Positions 62,180 through 64,000 of a stretch of 64,000 nt of DNA are shown here, one piece after another (positions within the stretch are counted from its first letter, which is position 1; each line of letters starts with the position of its first letter). This DNA comes from Glaucostegus cemiculus (Eukaryota): NCBI GenBank assembly GCA_976551045.1, contig CDPCPM010000176.1, forward strand, positions 7,750,001 to 7,814,000. The letters are read 5' to 3'. A program made the position numbers and the translations under genes. The notes beneath the pieces were generated by a model. It ran no database searches. It was given only the letters and a program-made list of their open reading frames with translations, and was not told where the DNA came from.

Positions 62180-62302
62180 CTTTGGAACAATTATCATATC
62201 CGATGTACTGGATTGTGTTTCTCACCACTCTCTGGTAATCAACGATCGCCCGCGAGGTGATCTCACCGCACAGCAGCACCATTCCGGTCTTGCAGACCGT
62301 CT
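62180..62302 (-). CDS. MAT1A: Methionine adenosyltransferase coding exon 3
   Basis: 123 nt, cccag/ ... /gtcagt; (E)[40 protein letters not shown]; TVCK and LLCGE are MAT1A-type (MAT2A has TVAK, LLAGE). Confidence 0.95.
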
Positions 62303-62775
62303 CTGGGGAAACAGGACAGAAGTGCCATTGAGCTGGCAGGTTGACTTGGTGACATTTTGCTTTGTTGCTCATCATGAGGCACAGTGCAAACTCCTGGGAG
62401 AGGAACACTCCATTGTGAGTGCCCAGTGTCAGCATCAAGGTTAGAGCACCAGTATCTGCCTATAATGGTGAGGTCCACATTCTCTCCACTCGCTGAGGAA
62501 ACGGGGTTCCCCTGAGTAACTCACTGGACTTACCAGTGACCATCTCCTGTTTTTTTTTCTGGAAACATTTTCTCTATGATTACCTTACTTATCGCTTCAT
62601 GATTTCATAGTCCTTATCAGGACATCCTTCTCAATTCCAGAGAAAAGAATATTCACCCTAATTCAATTTAAAGGCATTCCACCAATAAGAAATGTACCTA
62701 GTCCTTTCTTAATGAAGCAGCCAAGGTTTTGGGATCACACACTGCAGTAGACAGATTAGGGCGCGGAACACTCAC

Positions 62776-62853
62776 CGCACGCAACCTTGGCATCAGGGTC
62801 CTGCTGCAGGTGGGCGTCCAGCACAGCGTCACTGATCTGGTCACAGATTTTAT
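62776..62853 (-). CDS. MAT1A: Methionine adenosyltransferase coding exon 2
   Basis: 78 nt, ttcag/ ... /gtgagt; (D)[25 protein letters not shown]; size and phase match vertebrate MAT exon 2. Confidence 0.95.
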
Positions 62854-63596
62854 CTGAAAGAGAGGAGGAGGGAGCATTGACGCCAGCAACAGCGGGAATT
62901 TGAAACTAGCGCCTGGAGCAGCGGGATGTCACCCGGTTCTTCCTTAGCAGATCAGCAGAACGCTTGACCAAAGATCTGGAATTGAAGATGATACTGGAAG
63001 AGGAAGGCACAGCGGGAGTCTGAGGGACAACATTAAACCCAAGTACCTTCATCCCAGGGAGCTTCTGATCCCTTCTGTAGCTGCTTGGTTGAAGTTCCAA
63101 ATACAGAGCTGCCTGAGGTTTTGAGTTAGGGAGTAGGAATGGGACACTAACTTTGATGGTTTTCCCTCAGTGGATTGAAGAGGTGGTGTGGAGCAGACTG
63201 GAGGGAGCAGCGGTGGTATTGTCCCCCCTCTGTGGTGGCCACGTGCTGGGGATGGAAGAGGCAAGTATTCCCATCTAACCTGTGGGGTGAACCTCCCAGC
63301 TCATGGTCACAGATCTACTGATTCATGGAGCGATCGGACTGTTGATTTGATGGGCCAGTATAATAGCTGTGTGCTCTGTCTGGGGAACCAACAGAGACGG
63401 AGTACATTGCAGAGTGTAGGAGTACATTTCCTTATCAACCTAAAACATAACATGGAGAGGTGGTCTTCCTACCGCTGGCATGGGACTGATGGATCAGTTG
63501 CCCCCAGTTTTAGCTCCCCGCCCCTCACCCTGGCATACCGACTCCCTCCCAGAGCTGCTTCACCAGTTGTCAGGTTCCTCAGCAAGTGAGCACTTC

Positions 63597-63895
63597 AGTG
63601 TGTGTGTGTGAGAGAATGTGTGATTGTATGTGAGTGTGTGTGTGAATGCATGTGTGCGTGAATGTGTGAGAGAGTATNNNNNNNNNNNNNNNNNNNNNNN
63701 NNNNNNNNNNNNNNNNNNNNNNNNNNNNNNNNNNNNNNNNNNNNNNNNNNNNNNNNNNNNNNNNNNNNNNNNNNNNNNNNNNNNNNNNNNNNNNNNNNNN
63801 NNNNNNNNNNNNNNNNNNNNNNNNNNNNNNNNNNNNNNNNNNNNNGGGCGTGTGTGTATGTGAGTGTGTGTGTGCGCGCGTGTGTGTGTGTGTGA
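63597..63895. repeat. Degenerate (TG)n tract spanning assembly gap 63678-63845
   Basis: TG repeats on both sides of the N run. Confidence 0.9.
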
Positions 63896-64000
63896 GGTGA
63901 GCTGTTTAACACAGAGTATGCTGTTCCACTGCAGAACGACCAGGAGGCGATAACCATGGACCTAGGATCACTTTCCTTTCCTTGGTCCAGGGCTGAATCT

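Noticed and set aside
62296-62310. METTL16-methylated 3' splice site as in nematode SAM synthetase genes (UACAG/AAAC)
   Set aside because: The exon 3 acceptor reads CCCAG/AGAC, lacking the UAC
62854-64000. MAT1A exon 1 (FTSESVGEGHP)
   Set aside because: Not found in any minus frame; presumably outside the window

Overview
Repeat-rich vertebrate genomic DNA; the repeat mix (CR1 and Rex1/Babar LINEs, V-SINE-type tRNA SINEs, Penelope terminal repeats, IR/DR Tc1) points to a cartilaginous fish, probably a ray (inference). Two spliced protein-coding genes lie on the minus strand, neither captured by the ORF track. (1) Methionine adenosyltransferase, best read as MAT1A: coding exons 2-9 (62853 down to 47235) with GT-AG boundaries and the canonical sizes 78/123/113/144/219/183/134/103 nt; exon 1 was not found in the window. 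(2) A complete six-exon gene (30678 down to 15467, 660 nt, 219 aa) for an uncharacterised secreted, cysteine-rich, sushi/CCP-like glycoprotein, with a TATA + HNF1 + C/EBP promoter. Also present: a CpG-decayed tRNA-Lys(UUU), a solo LTR with a 5-bp target-site duplication, a rearranged Tc1, several minisatellites and four assembly gaps. Most interesting: the secreted-protein gene, an apparent relic of the MAT2A/METTL16 hairpin 1 in the MAT1A 3' UTR, and an inverted 21-nt exact copy of that UTR segment 10.5 kb downstream in a hairpin-rich island. Repeat boundaries are approximate; family comparisons are from memory, no searches were run.
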